A stretch of 64,000 nucleotides of DNA, from the NCBI GenBank assembly GCA_046563655.1, contig CM102289.1:5580001-5644000 (forward strand). Reading direction: 5' to 3'. A program made the position numbers and the translations under genes. The notes beneath the pieces were generated by a model, which had not been told where the DNA came from, made no database searches, and saw nothing but the letters and a program-made list of their open reading frames with translations. Of this stretch, positions 26,255 to 36,733 are shown one piece after another. The stretch comes from Yuukianura sp. NJ FZ-2021 (taxonomy: Eukaryota). Within the stretch, counting starts at the first letter, position 1. The number at the start of each line of letters is the position of its first letter.

Positions 26255-28154
26255 TCATTTCCTGTACTCCACATTAACCAGAAGTGGGCTTCCAAGAGCA
26301 AATGCCTGAGGGGTTTGGCTACAGCGGCTAAATTTAAACTTTTGCAAAAGTTGAACTACGGTGATTTTCAATTCAGCTTTAGCCACTCTGTAGGCAATAC
26401 AATTCCGTGGTCCTGCGCCTGCGCATTAAATAAAACATTTCAGTGCCTAATATTAATGACCTTTGACCTACGAATGACCTTGACTTACCAAATGGAAGGA
26501 ATGTGAAAGGATTTCGCTTCTTTATGTTCTCAGGACTGAATCTATCGGGATCAAACTTTTGCGGGTCAGGGTAGATTTCTGAAATTTCAAATTTTAGTAA
26601 TTTTTGAGGTTCAACTTTTTAACAATTTTTTTCAGCGTAAGCTGCGATGCCGGATTTACCTGGATCATGATGAATCGCATGAATTGGAACAATGATCTGC
26701 GTATTCCGCGGAATAGTGACATTGTATTTTGGCGAATGCACTGCCGCATTTGTCCTCCTCTCTAGATGTAGGACTCCATACTTTCGAGTACTTTCCTGAA
26801 TTACTTGTTCCAGGAAGCCTAATTGCAAAATGGAGTCCAATGGCCAGGTAGGTTCGTTGTTCTCCAAGGTTTGAATTTCCCGGAACAACTTTTCTTGTAT
26901 CTCTGGATTGTTGACGAGTTCAAAAATGACGCAAGTGAAGCCTTCTAGCATATTACTGGACTGTGCAGTGAACAGGCTCATGGCACTGCCCACCATGTGC
27001 TCTTCAGTTGGCACGAACTTTGAATTAGTGTAAACCAAGGCCTTGTTAACCGTTCCGGTGCTTACATCCCTATTGTCATCAACTTCTTCCTGAAAACAAA
27101 GCAGAGAAGATGTCAAGAAAATTTAAACCGTTTTTTTCCACTTTTCACTTTTTATAGCATTTTAAAATTTTAAGAAATCGTTGACCTGCTCAGTGTTGCC
27201 CTTCTTCACCAAAGTCATCATTCGTCCAACAAAGGTGTTCCAGTTGGACATGACGCCATCTTCAAGATTCATTCTGCACTGTCGCAGAACATCTCGGAAG
27301 AAATTTACAGCCTCTGGGTTAAGGGCATGCACTTTCAAAAAATTCCCCACCCACGGATACTTCAAAATCATGCGCCATTTCCAAGTTTGAAATGCCGAAG
27401 AAGGGGCTGCGTGCATTCTGCCGGCAAAGGAGAAAAAGCCACCGGGTGGGTCATCGTAGGCTCCACTTTTCGTCCCATAAATAATTTGAACTGCGATGTC
27501 GGTGACGAAGCGATGAAACAACTTTCTCATGTCCACGGGTTCGTTTCCTGCAGCCTCCGAAATGAGCCGAGTCAGCTCTCGAGCGGAATCGGATATCATT
27601 GGACACATTGCTCGGATTTTTCCGGTAGTGAACATTGGGTTGATTGCTGATCGGATGTCTTTCCACTCTTGGTTTTTAGCATGAAAGAGAGCCCTTCGTG
27701 CTATGGGGTCACTCAACTCTGCAGAATTGACACGACGGTTGACACAACTCATGAAGTCTTTAACCTTGAGTAGGAAAAATACAAAAAAAAATGGTAAAAT
27801 GGTGTGACCTTGCCTAAGAAAAACCCGGAGATGAAATTTGAACCCATGACAGATCGATTGGCTTACAAAGATTTGTTCCAGAAGATCGGTTCCGTAAACG
27901 TAGAGAAGTGGAACGCCAGTTTCAAAAATTCCGGCAAACTCCGCGTGACCTCTGCGCTTCATCTCTTTGTACTTGGCAATCTCAATGTCGTAACGCTTGA
28001 AGACTGAATGTTGACCAAACTGGGACAAGCCAAGGGCCTCCGTGTCCACGAAGGGAACATTCCTCCGTGCCCAGTATGTTTCCCGGGGGTCCCTTCGCAA
28101 GTACCACCAAAGTCCGACGATTAAAGCAAATAGTAATACAAATTCCACCAACAT
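26255..28154 (-). CDS. Cytochrome P450, CYP3 clan, atypical I-helix, 5 exons
   Basis: MLVEFVLLFALIV anchor, WKDIR, ESTRKY, FDPDRF, spliced heme motif PFGAGPRNCIA; I-helix LFTAQSSNM. Stop TGA 26255-26257. Confidence 0.9.
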
Positions 28155-28794
28155 TTCACAGGAAGTCCAGAGTACGGTACGTGCGCTAGGTGCAACAGCA
28201 AAACTAGAACTGGCCGCTGCCATGCCGGTTTATTCAAAATCATTTTTTTTTACCAAAAAGGGCAAAACAGGTTCTGAAACGAGAAACATCGTATGAAACA
28301 AGAACGAGATTTGATCAAAACTAAAAAACCGAGATCGAGAGTTTCTGAATTAAAAAAAATTGTTTTCTGTTCATTATAATTTCAATTCTCACATTTCCAA
28401 AAATTCACTAGAAATAGAAACTGAAATAAAGGAATTCAAACCGGTACATTTTTTATTCATTCATTTTATACACATAGCATATAAGGTAGTAATAACATTG
28501 CAGAAAAGTTACTCTTTTACTTCTAAATAAAAAGCAAAAACCAATCACCGATTTTGAAAATACTGAGCAATTTTGCAGAAGCTTGGGTAGTAACATTAGT
28601 ATAAAACTAACCTTTTTGAATGAAGAACTGTGAGTTAATTTTTTTAAAGTTACTTTTCAACTCGAAAAAACAAACGGAATATTTTATGGTTTCTGTTTTT
28701 CTGTTACATCTAATTTTCTTATACTAATTTCACGCATTGCCTCCAGTTTAAAAAGCAGCGTATTTCTCTGGATTTTGTGACAGCTTTCAAAATT

Positions 28795-31700
28795 TTAAAT
28801 GGCAGTAAGCAAATTTTTGGCAACGGCAGTGATTGTTTGTTGTTCTCGAAGTTTACCACGCGGAATGACAATTCCCAACTCCTTCGATAGCCTATTTGTA
28901 ATTTCCAATTCCATGAGGGAATCCATACCATAAAGTGCAAGGGAGTGGCCTCTGTCAATCGCTTCATCATCTGGCAAAGACACGTACATTCTAATGCACT
29001 TCTCAATCAAAGTCTCAAGGTGCCCCAATTTCTCATCTTCTCCCGCCCCCTTAACCTTCAAAACCATTTCAGCCAAAACGTTACGTTTTCCCCCACTGAC
29101 CTCTGTCCCCTTTGTGCGTGACCCCACCGTGACCCCCTTCTTCTGCGCACGCACTTCCGTAAAATACTCATGCAACTTGGGATATGCAACCACTCCCATT
29201 TTTTCTGTGTCGAATCGGAGAATTGTTGCTTGGTCAAGACCTAGGCGCATGGCTCTTTCAAGGGCTGCGATTCCCTCCTTTGGCGTAAACCAGTGGATTC
29301 CACTGCGTTCGGTCAAATACTTGACCTGTTCAGGGGAAATATGATTTACTGCAATGCCGACATCTAACCAACCGCCCCAATTGATACTCGTCGCAGGTAA
29401 CCCCAGCTGATGCACGCGATACTTTGCAAAAGTGTCTAAGAAATTGTTAGCGGCAGTGTAGGCTGCTTGACCAGCAAAACCTACGTTAGAGGCAATTGAG
29501 GAAAAAAGAACAAAATGGTCGAGGTCAAAGGTCAAACTTTCTTCATGTAAATTCCAAGTTCCTTCGACCTTGGACTGAAAAGCTTCTTCAAAGTTAGTTA
29601 CAGAGAGGTCAGAAATTACACCATCTCGTAACAGACCAGCCGAATGGAAGATTCCTTTGAGTGGCGGGAGTTCAGATTTGATTTTTTGAAATAGTTCTTT
29701 CACTCCCGCCTTTTCACCAACATCCGACAGCATGACGACGGCAGAATCACCAAACTGAGCCAATTTGTTCAACACTTCGGGATCAGTCGGTTCTCGCCGA
29801 CCAGTTAAAATTACTTTACCAGCTCCCTGTTCCAGAAGCCACTCGGCAACCACAAGTCCAATCCCCCCAAGCCCCCCTGTGACCAAATAGGAACTCTCGG
29901 CATGAAACAATCTTGTTCGAGAACTCATATGCAGAACGTACTTTCCAATGTTCTTGCCCTCACTCATCTCGTTGAGCGTTCTGGCTAGCTGGTCAACACT
30001 TTTAACCTTGTATGGCATTCCTCTAATGCTTCCAGAAGCTAACAACTGTTCTATTGGAGTCACGTCTCTACCAAGATCCGTCATAAGGTCATAAACACTG
30101 TAGGTTACGTCGGGTCGGAGGTCATTGACCTCCTCTTTAGTCCAAGTATTGAATTTACTCATCTCAACAAATCTCCCGCCACCATTTTTTCGCACAACGT
30201 TCAAACTGGCTTCCTTAAACCCTTCAGCTGTAATCGTGTTTACGACAAGATCAACGCCCTGACCTCCAGTGTCCTTTAGTATTTCTTGTTCAAACCGAGT
30301 GTCAATTGAGTCATAAACGTGTTCAACACCGAAGACAGTGGAGAGGTAAGCTCTTTCTCTGTCACTTCCTGCTGTGGCATAGACAGTAGCCCCGACGTGT
30401 TTGGCCAATTGAATCACCGCAAGGCCGAAACCGTCCGACGCACCGTGAATCAACAAGTGATCACCGCGTTTGAGTTTTCCTGTTTCGTAAACACCGAAAT
30501 AAGCAGTGCAAAGTGGAACCGGGAGAGTTGCGGCTTCGTCGTAACTCATCCAGGAAGGAATGCGTAGGATGCAGGAAGCCGATTCAGGAGTCACGTGACT
30601 TTGAATTTGGCTGGTTTGCTGGAAAGAGCCACAAAGACGATCTCCAATGGCAAATCTACTGCCTTCACCAACCTGTTCGACTATCCCTGCAAAGTCTGTT
30701 CCAGAAACAGCTTTCTCTTGTCCACCAACGTCACTGTGAATGGCAACCTCTAGTGAATTGGGAGAAATGGAGTTGACCTTGATCACTGTGTCAGTGACCT
30801 CGAACGGTTTTAGGAGTTTTGGTTCATAGCGTCTGAGCCCACCGACTCCAGTAGCTGTGAGGCTAAACGGAGCCGCTGGTGGGTGGAACTCACCGGGCAT
30901 GAAGGTGGGATTAAACGGAACAAGACGTGCACAGACAGCTTTTCCTTCACGGATGACCACTTCCCGTTGAATGCCAGCATGACTCACGTGAGCCGTGATT
31001 TGGTGCGCAAGCGCAGAATGATTGTTTGTGTACTCCGTTTGGTCAATGTCAAGTCCAATTGCGTCAATATGTGGATACTCGCTAACAAAAGTTTTTAAAG
31101 CTCCTTGGAGAACTGTTCCCATAAAATTGGAGCCTAGAGATCCTGTCCCGTTCGAAATTGACCCTTGAGATACTGCCACAAATTTCTTTGTTTCTGCAAG
31201 GGAACCAACAAATTTCAGTGTATTCAAAAATCCACCAATCAGATTCTTTGTTACATTTTTGTCCAAATGACCTGACCCCTGAGTAGCTTCGTCTCCCAAA
31301 CCCCAGAGACTCACTACTCCTTCAAGCGTAGGAAATTCCTCAGCCAGCTCTTGGTGGTGGGCCAAATTTTGTGGGTCAAGGGTCACGTGAGAGTAACTAA
31401 AACAGTAGTCTGTATCTGCCAATACTAGCATTGCCCTGACTCCGAGGTCATCCATGATACTCTGTTGAACAGCTTCAGCAAGGGCCTGGACCTTGGTTGG
31501 TGCAAAAATGAGCCAATCAATTGTTTCTGTTTTGTGAATAATCTGCGCATGACCATTGTGAGTCAGTTGGGGAAGGGGAATCCATGATTCTGTGTAAAAG
31601 TCAAGCAGTTGCTGATTGCTTCTTAAATTGGTTTCAAAGTCGGCTTTTGTTGTGATCAGTTGAAGGATTTTGGAAGCGGCGACGAGCGTTCCTTCGCTGT

Positions 31701-34700
31701 CGTACAATTCAGTCGTGTCGGAATTGTTTTTGTCTAACTTAATGTAAAACGGAGCTTTGGCTTCTGATTGGCGTTTGTAAATGTGGCAGTATTCGAATTT
31801 GGCCGGAAGTACAATTGATGGGAAGTTGTTGTAGTGACTGGTTACCGGGTTCATGCAAGTACTATGAATCATGCCATCGAGTGTAGCAGGGTGAATGATA
31901 TGTGCCTCTGCGTCTTCGGGAGTGTTCATTTTGGCGACAGGGAAATCATCAAGGGGCCACAAGGTCGCGACGCTCTGAAACATGTCTTGGTATTCCAGTC
32001 CCGCTTCGGCTGCTTTCGGGTAAAATGCTGCCGGAATGCCTTCCGTGTTGACAAAGGTCATGTCAAGCTTAGGAAGTTCTGTAAGGCGATTGGGCCGTCG
32101 GGGCATTGACCCTGTGAAGTATTTTTCCAAAGTATCTCCCCGTTTGACCCACAAAGTAGCTTCGAGACCGTCAAAATTTCTGCTTTCCTCCAAACTGACT
32201 TCAATTTGGACGGGTTTTCCTTGCTCAAATTCTAATGGTTTGCTGAGTGTCACGTCCGTAACAGAAAGATGTTCGTAGTTGAGGTACTTCTGCGCACTGA
32301 GCAACATGTCAACGAAGCATGCGCCGGGTAAGATATACCTTCCAACCATTTGGTGACCTTTGACAAAAGCCACTTGGGGGTGGGTTAGAGACAAAGTGTT
32401 TTTGAACGTAGGCAGAACAGAGTGGGGAGAACGAAATGCCCACCCCAGGAGGGGGTGAACAAATTCGTTTACTCCAGATCCAGTGTGTATCTGGGGAGCA
32501 ATAGCCAAGTTGTACACTTTGTGATTGAATGGGTAGAAAGGCAGGTCAATGACCTTGGGTTGGTGACCTCCGTGTAACGCTGCCCAGTTGATGACCCCGT
32601 TCCAAGAAGTGTACAATTTAGCCAAACTTTTTAGAATAGTTGGCATTCCTTGAGGGTCAGCTGATCTTAGGCTTGGGCAAAGCGTCAAAGGCTCAGGAGA
32701 TGCTTGTGAAACAAAATTTAGAAGTGCCGGTTGTGGTCCAATTTCAATAAAAATTTTAGGAGCATTTGGCAAATTCAGGACCGTTTTGATAGCTTTTTCG
32801 AAAAAGACGGGCTGACGCATGTTTGAAGCCCAGTAGTCACCGTTGACCTTTGCTTCAACCTCACCAGTAACACTGGACACGAAAGTACAGAATGGTTTCT
32901 TATATTCTATCAAATCAAATGCAATTTTCAAAGAATCCCGAATTTTTTCAATATGTCTGGAGTGAAAAGCGTGAGAAGTGCTGAGCACTTTCATTTTTAA
33001 ACCAGGATTAGACGACAAAACAAAATTTTTGAAAGCTACTAACGATTCCTTGGGTCCTGACACGACACACTGCTCCTTTGAATTTACCGCTGCGAGGTCA
33101 ACCCAGTGACCTTTGACCTCAGTGGAATCAATATTTGCTGAGTTGAACTTTTCTATTAAACTCGTAGCATTTTCCTGACCTGTTCCCACTGCCATCATAC
33201 CCCCTGATTCTAAAGTTTCAACGAGTTCCCCCCGGGCGATAACGGCCTTGAGACCGTCTTCAAACGAAAACGCGCCTGCGCTCGCTGCACAACAAATTTC
33301 ACCCAAACTGTGACCAAGAACCACCGAAGGTCTAATTCCCAGTCCCTCCATCCAGAACTTGCCCAGTACATATTGAATTACAAAAATGGCGGGTTGTCTC
33401 CACTTTGGTCTGAGGTCATCAAAGGTCACTTCATCCTCCCACACAAGTTCTCTAATGCTCTTTCCCAGCATTCCTTTAAACAGAGCTGCGCATGGGTCAA
33501 AAAGAGCCCTGAACACTGGAGATGCATTGTACAGACCCTTAGCAACTTCAAAGTACTCAGCCCCTTGACCCGTAAACAAAAATCCAATAGGATCTGCGGG
33601 TTGACCTGCTACAACATTCACGTCTCCCTCAAACTCGAACTCCGTATCACCCAATTTGTCAATTGCACTGGCACGGTCTCTAGCCAAAATTGCAATTCTT
33701 TTTGAATGATGCGCACGCGTCGTTTGGAGACTAAACGCAACCTCGTCCATTTCTGGAGCATCAGACTCCAGTTTCTGCTTAAGTTTTTCGCAAAGAACTT
33801 CCAGTGATTTTGGCGATTTGGCAGAAATAGGCAAAAAATGAAACGGAACTTTCTGATCTAGCGGTAAACGATTTTCAATTGGAGGGTGGATGTGGGTGGG
33901 TGGAGCTTCGGCTAATACGACTGCTACATTAACCCCCGTTAACCCAAAATTGTTAAAAGCCGTAATCCGGGGTGATCCGGTCGATGGGTATGGAATCGGC
34001 CGTGTAGGAATAACGCCCGGAATTGAGTCAAAATTGATTTTGGGATTTAAATTATTCAAATGAATTTGTGGTGGAATCGTGTTATGTTTGAAACAAAGAA
34101 GTGTGTGGAGCAGACTGTGTAAACCGGACACGGGTAGAGTGTGACCAAAATACGTCTTGGCAGACGTGATAACCAATGGCTTTGGGCGTGGTATTTCAGA
34201 TCCAAACAATTCGACCAACCCGTTCGCTTCTAAGGGGTCCCCAACGGGGGTTCCAGTGCCATGGGCTACCATAAAACCAACGTCACTTGCTTCCACGCCT
34301 GCGTCGAGCAGAGCAGATTTCAGCACGCGCGTTTGAAGCTTTGGATTTGGCGTACCAAAACTTTTGCTGTAGCCACAGTTATTTGTAGCCACGCCTTTGA
34401 CCACGCCCAGAATCCTGTCCCCATCTCTTTGAGCATTTTCGAGTAATTTTACAACAATTACTGCCACGCCTTCGGCTGCAGCAAAGCCAGAAGCACTCTC
34501 ATCAAAAGCCTTACAAGCTTCACCAAATAACGCATCCGGCAAGTTGACTTGATTGCGCAGACGCAGAGTAGTTCCAGCGACGAGGGCCGTTCTGCAGTCT
34601 CCTTTGCGTAGAAATTGAACGGCTTCGTAGAGGGCTGTTCCGGAAGAGGCACAGGCAGTGTCACAAGCCATGTTTGGTCCATTGATACCGAGAAAGAATG

Positions 34701-35187
34701 CCAAAGTCCCTGGATATGCACTCCATTCTGTTCCCAAGTACGAGTACATTCGTGTGTTGTCGGACGTGGCTTCGTGAGTTGTTAGTTGTCGATATTCATT
34801 GTCGCAGATTCCAACGAAGACGCCCGTGTCAGTGTCCCAGAGGCTGGACGGAGGAATGCGAGCATCTTCCAGACTCTCCCAAGCTACTTCGAGGTACATA
34901 CGCATCTGAGGGTCCATGAACTCTGCTTGTCGTCGGTTGAAGTTAAAGAACGGGGCATCAAATTCGTCGACTGGACATGCGAGGTATCCCCTTGGCCATT
35001 CTCTGTTCGCCCATTCCCCCATGTGGTGACGCTCTTCAGGCGGAGAGGAAGTGTGGTTTTCTCCATTGATCATGACACGCCAAAGGTCGTCCAGGGAATT
35101 GGCTCCTGGAAAGCGACAACTTGCCCCGATGATGGCGACATCGAAGGCTCCACGGTACCCTTCATCTAGATGCCCCAAATTGCCCAT
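28795..35187 (-). CDS. Type I polyketide synthase KS-AT-DH-ER-KR-ACP (~2130 aa), single coding exon, no TE
   Basis: KS DTACASS, HGTGT, GHT; AT GHSLG, HAFH; DH HQMVGRYILP, HPATLDG; ER LLIHGASDGFG; KR LVTGGLGGIG, LRD, YTAAN; ACP YGMDSL. First ATG at 35187 follows an acceptor-like ttttcag; the ORF track start at 35256 is TTG. Confidence 0.95.
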   Translation of the reverse strand: MGNLGHLDEGYRGAFDVAIIGASCRFPGANSLDDLWRVMINGENHTSSPPEERHHMGEWANREWPRGYLACPVDEFDAPFFNFNRRQAEFMDPQMRMYLEVAWESLEDARIPPSSLWDTDTGVFVGICDNEYRQLTTHEATSDNTRMYSYLGTEWSAYPGTLAFFLGINGPNMACDTACASSGTALYEAVQFLRKGDCRTALVAGTTLRLRNQVNLPDALFGEACKAFDESASGFAAAEGVAVIVVKLLENAQRDGDRILGVVKGVATNNCGYSKSFGTPNPKLQTRVLKSALLDAGVEASDVGFMVAHGTGTPVGDPLEANGLVELFGSEIPRPKPLVITSAKTYFGHTLPVSGLHSLLHTLLCFKHNTIPPQIHLNNLNPKINFDSIPGVIPTRPIPYPSTGSPRITAFNNFGLTGVNVAVVLAEAPPTHIHPPIENRLPLDQKVPFHFLPISAKSPKSLEVLCEKLKQKLESDAPEMDEVAFSLQTTRAHHSKRIAILARDRASAIDKLGDTEFEFEGDVNVVAGQPADPIGFLFTGQGAEYFEVAKGLYNASPVFRALFDPCAALFKGMLGKSIRELVWEDEVTFDDLRPKWRQPAIFVIQYVLGKFWMEGLGIRPSVVLGHSLGEICCAASAGAFSFEDGLKAVIARGELVETLESGGMMAVGTGQENATSLIEKFNSANIDSTEVKGHWVDLAAVNSKEQCVVSGPKESLVAFKNFVLSSNPGLKMKVLSTSHAFHSRHIEKIRDSLKIAFDLIEYKKPFCTFVSSVTGEVEAKVNGDYWASNMRQPVFFEKAIKTVLNLPNAPKIFIEIGPQPALLNFVSQASPEPLTLCPSLRSADPQGMPTILKSLAKLYTSWNGVINWAALHGGHQPKVIDLPFYPFNHKVYNLAIAPQIHTGSGVNEFVHPLLGWAFRSPHSVLPTFKNTLSLTHPQVAFVKGHQMVGRYILPGACFVDMLLSAQKYLNYEHLSVTDVTLSKPLEFEQGKPVQIEVSLEESRNFDGLEATLWVKRGDTLEKYFTGSMPRRPNRLTELPKLDMTFVNTEGIPAAFYPKAAEAGLEYQDMFQSVATLWPLDDFPVAKMNTPEDAEAHIIHPATLDGMIHSTCMNPVTSHYNNFPSIVLPAKFEYCHIYKRQSEAKAPFYIKLDKNNSDTTELYDSEGTLVAASKILQLITTKADFETNLRSNQQLLDFYTESWIPLPQLTHNGHAQIIHKTETIDWLIFAPTKVQALAEAVQQSIMDDLGVRAMLVLADTDYCFSYSHVTLDPQNLAHHQELAEEFPTLEGVVSLWGLGDEATQGSGHLDKNVTKNLIGGFLNTLKFVGSLAETKKFVAVSQGSISNGTGSLGSNFMGTVLQGALKTFVSEYPHIDAIGLDIDQTEYTNNHSALAHQITAHVSHAGIQREVVIREGKAVCARLVPFNPTFMPGEFHPPAAPFSLTATGVGGLRRYEPKLLKPFEVTDTVIKVNSISPNSLEVAIHSDVGGQEKAVSGTDFAGIVEQVGEGSRFAIGDRLCGSFQQTSQIQSHVTPESASCILRIPSWMSYDEAATLPVPLCTAYFGVYETGKLKRGDHLLIHGASDGFGLAVIQLAKHVGATVYATAGSDRERAYLSTVFGVEHVYDSIDTRFEQEILKDTGGQGVDLVVNTITAEGFKEASLNVVRKNGGGRFVEMSKFNTWTKEEVNDLRPDVTYSVYDLMTDLGRDVTPIEQLLASGSIRGMPYKVKSVDQLARTLNEMSEGKNIGKYVLHMSSRTRLFHAESSYLVTGGLGGIGLVVAEWLLEQGAGKVILTGRREPTDPEVLNKLAQFGDSAVVMLSDVGEKAGVKELFQKIKSELPPLKGIFHSAGLLRDGVISDLSVTNFEEAFQSKVEGTWNLHEESLTFDLDHFVLFSSIASNVGFAGQAAYTAANNFLDTFAKYRVHQLGLPATSINWGGWLDVGIAVNHISPEQVKYLTERSGIHWFTPKEGIAALERAMRLGLDQATILRFDTEKMGVVAYPKLHEYFTEVRAQKKGVTVGSRTKGTEVSGGKRNVLAEMVLKVKGAGEDEKLGHLETLIEKCIRMYVSLPDDEAIDRGHSLALYGMDSLMELEITNRLSKELGIVIPRGKLREQQTITAVAKNLLTAI

Positions 35188-36733
35188 TGTTGAATTTTTC
35201 AATTCTGAAAAATAAAGGCAAAAGCACACTTGAGTCGGATAATTAACAAATGACAAACTTTGGAAATGTTAGTTAGTTAGTTTGAAAATGAAAACTGAAA
35301 ATTATAGCAGGGCTGTAACGCATTCTAGCATTTTTTTTTTTGGAAGTTGGGAAAGTAACACTTTTATGCTTACATTTGATGGAGTCCTGATTGAGTGATG
35401 GTGTTGGCGGCTGTCGTTTAGAAAACGGCTACCGTAGGAATTGCCCTGGAAGTTTCAAAAAAAAAATAAGCTATAAAACGGCAGATCAGTTGAGATAAAT
35501 GGAAAATTCTGAACTGAAGAGAAAATTAACTAGTAAAATGGAACATAACAATTAATTTAAATGCAGAAGCTTTTACTTGGAACAGAGTGAAACTATATAG
35601 GTGCGGTGCTCTAACCCTGGTGGACGATACTTCCAAAGTAGCGTGAAGATGCTGCCTGCACTCCCACCAAGCCTCAAATGAAAGTTACCAGCAACTTGGA
35701 AACTGGTTCTGGAAGTTTATAGGTACACCGGCATTCCAAGTCCTCCAGCTACTGAAAGCATCGTTCTCAAGGATATTACCAAACTAGTTACTCTTCCTAC
35801 CAAGAGATTCGGCTAGTTTTTATTACTAATATTAATTAAATATTAAATCAATATTAATGAAATAATATTAATAATAATATTAAAAACAATAGTAAATTAA
35901 TATTAATAAAATACTATTAGTTTACGAATTCATAAAAATATCAATTGAACAGTATAATTTATTTTCATCGCATCAAACAAAAGTAACATCAATGTGTAAC
36001 TTTGTATAATGTGTAGCTGTTGTCAGCATATTCTACTGGTCTGATTGTGACCAACAGACCATGCCATGACCAAGTGACAGAGACCACGTCGTCACCCGGT
36101 GATTTCCATTAACCTAACATGGAAAGCAGAAATTCCGGTCTTCGTCCGTCTGTCTCTTCTGCCAGAAAAGTCTGCCGCAGCCTAAAATGACCTTGACGTA
36201 AATGCGAAGAGAATTCCGGCCACTTACTTTTCAGCCTCCTTTGTAGCAAAAACCAGAAATACTTAAATACTTATACGCTAAAACCAGTTTCACAGGAATT
36301 TAAAACACAATTCTGGAAGAATGAACATGGATGGTTTGAAAAATCATTATTATTCCCTCAGTCTACCATCTACAACCGGAATCCACCTTGCTTTACGCAA
36401 TTGTAATGAATTCAGCCAAAAATGAATAATTAATGGGAACCATCGTAAACTTCGATTGGATTTGATTTGTGGATGAGTTTTTACGAGTTTCTCTCGAATA
36501 ACTTACCAAACAACATGTATTAATTTTCACTTTTGAGAATTCCCAACAAAAGCCTTTTTTACTCAAATTGAGGTGCGGTTTGAGCCGCAAGTAAAAATGT
36601 CGTAAAAAATGCAGTAAATTAAAAGAAAACCATTAGCCAGGATTCAATAATTAACATACTAGTTTCCAAATTCTTTTTTTTTTGTTTTAATTAACTTACG
36701 GTTATTAATGAAGAATAACCATTTGGCTATTTT

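Noticed and set aside
1..35187. Bacterial contamination as the source of NRPS, MT and PKS
   Set aside because: The NRPS and MT carry GT-AG introns and are interleaved with intron-rich animal genes; long-read confirmation is still advisable.
35815..35960. Very AT-rich, partly palindromic tract upstream of the PKS
   Set aside because: Low-complexity sequence with no defined unit or termini.
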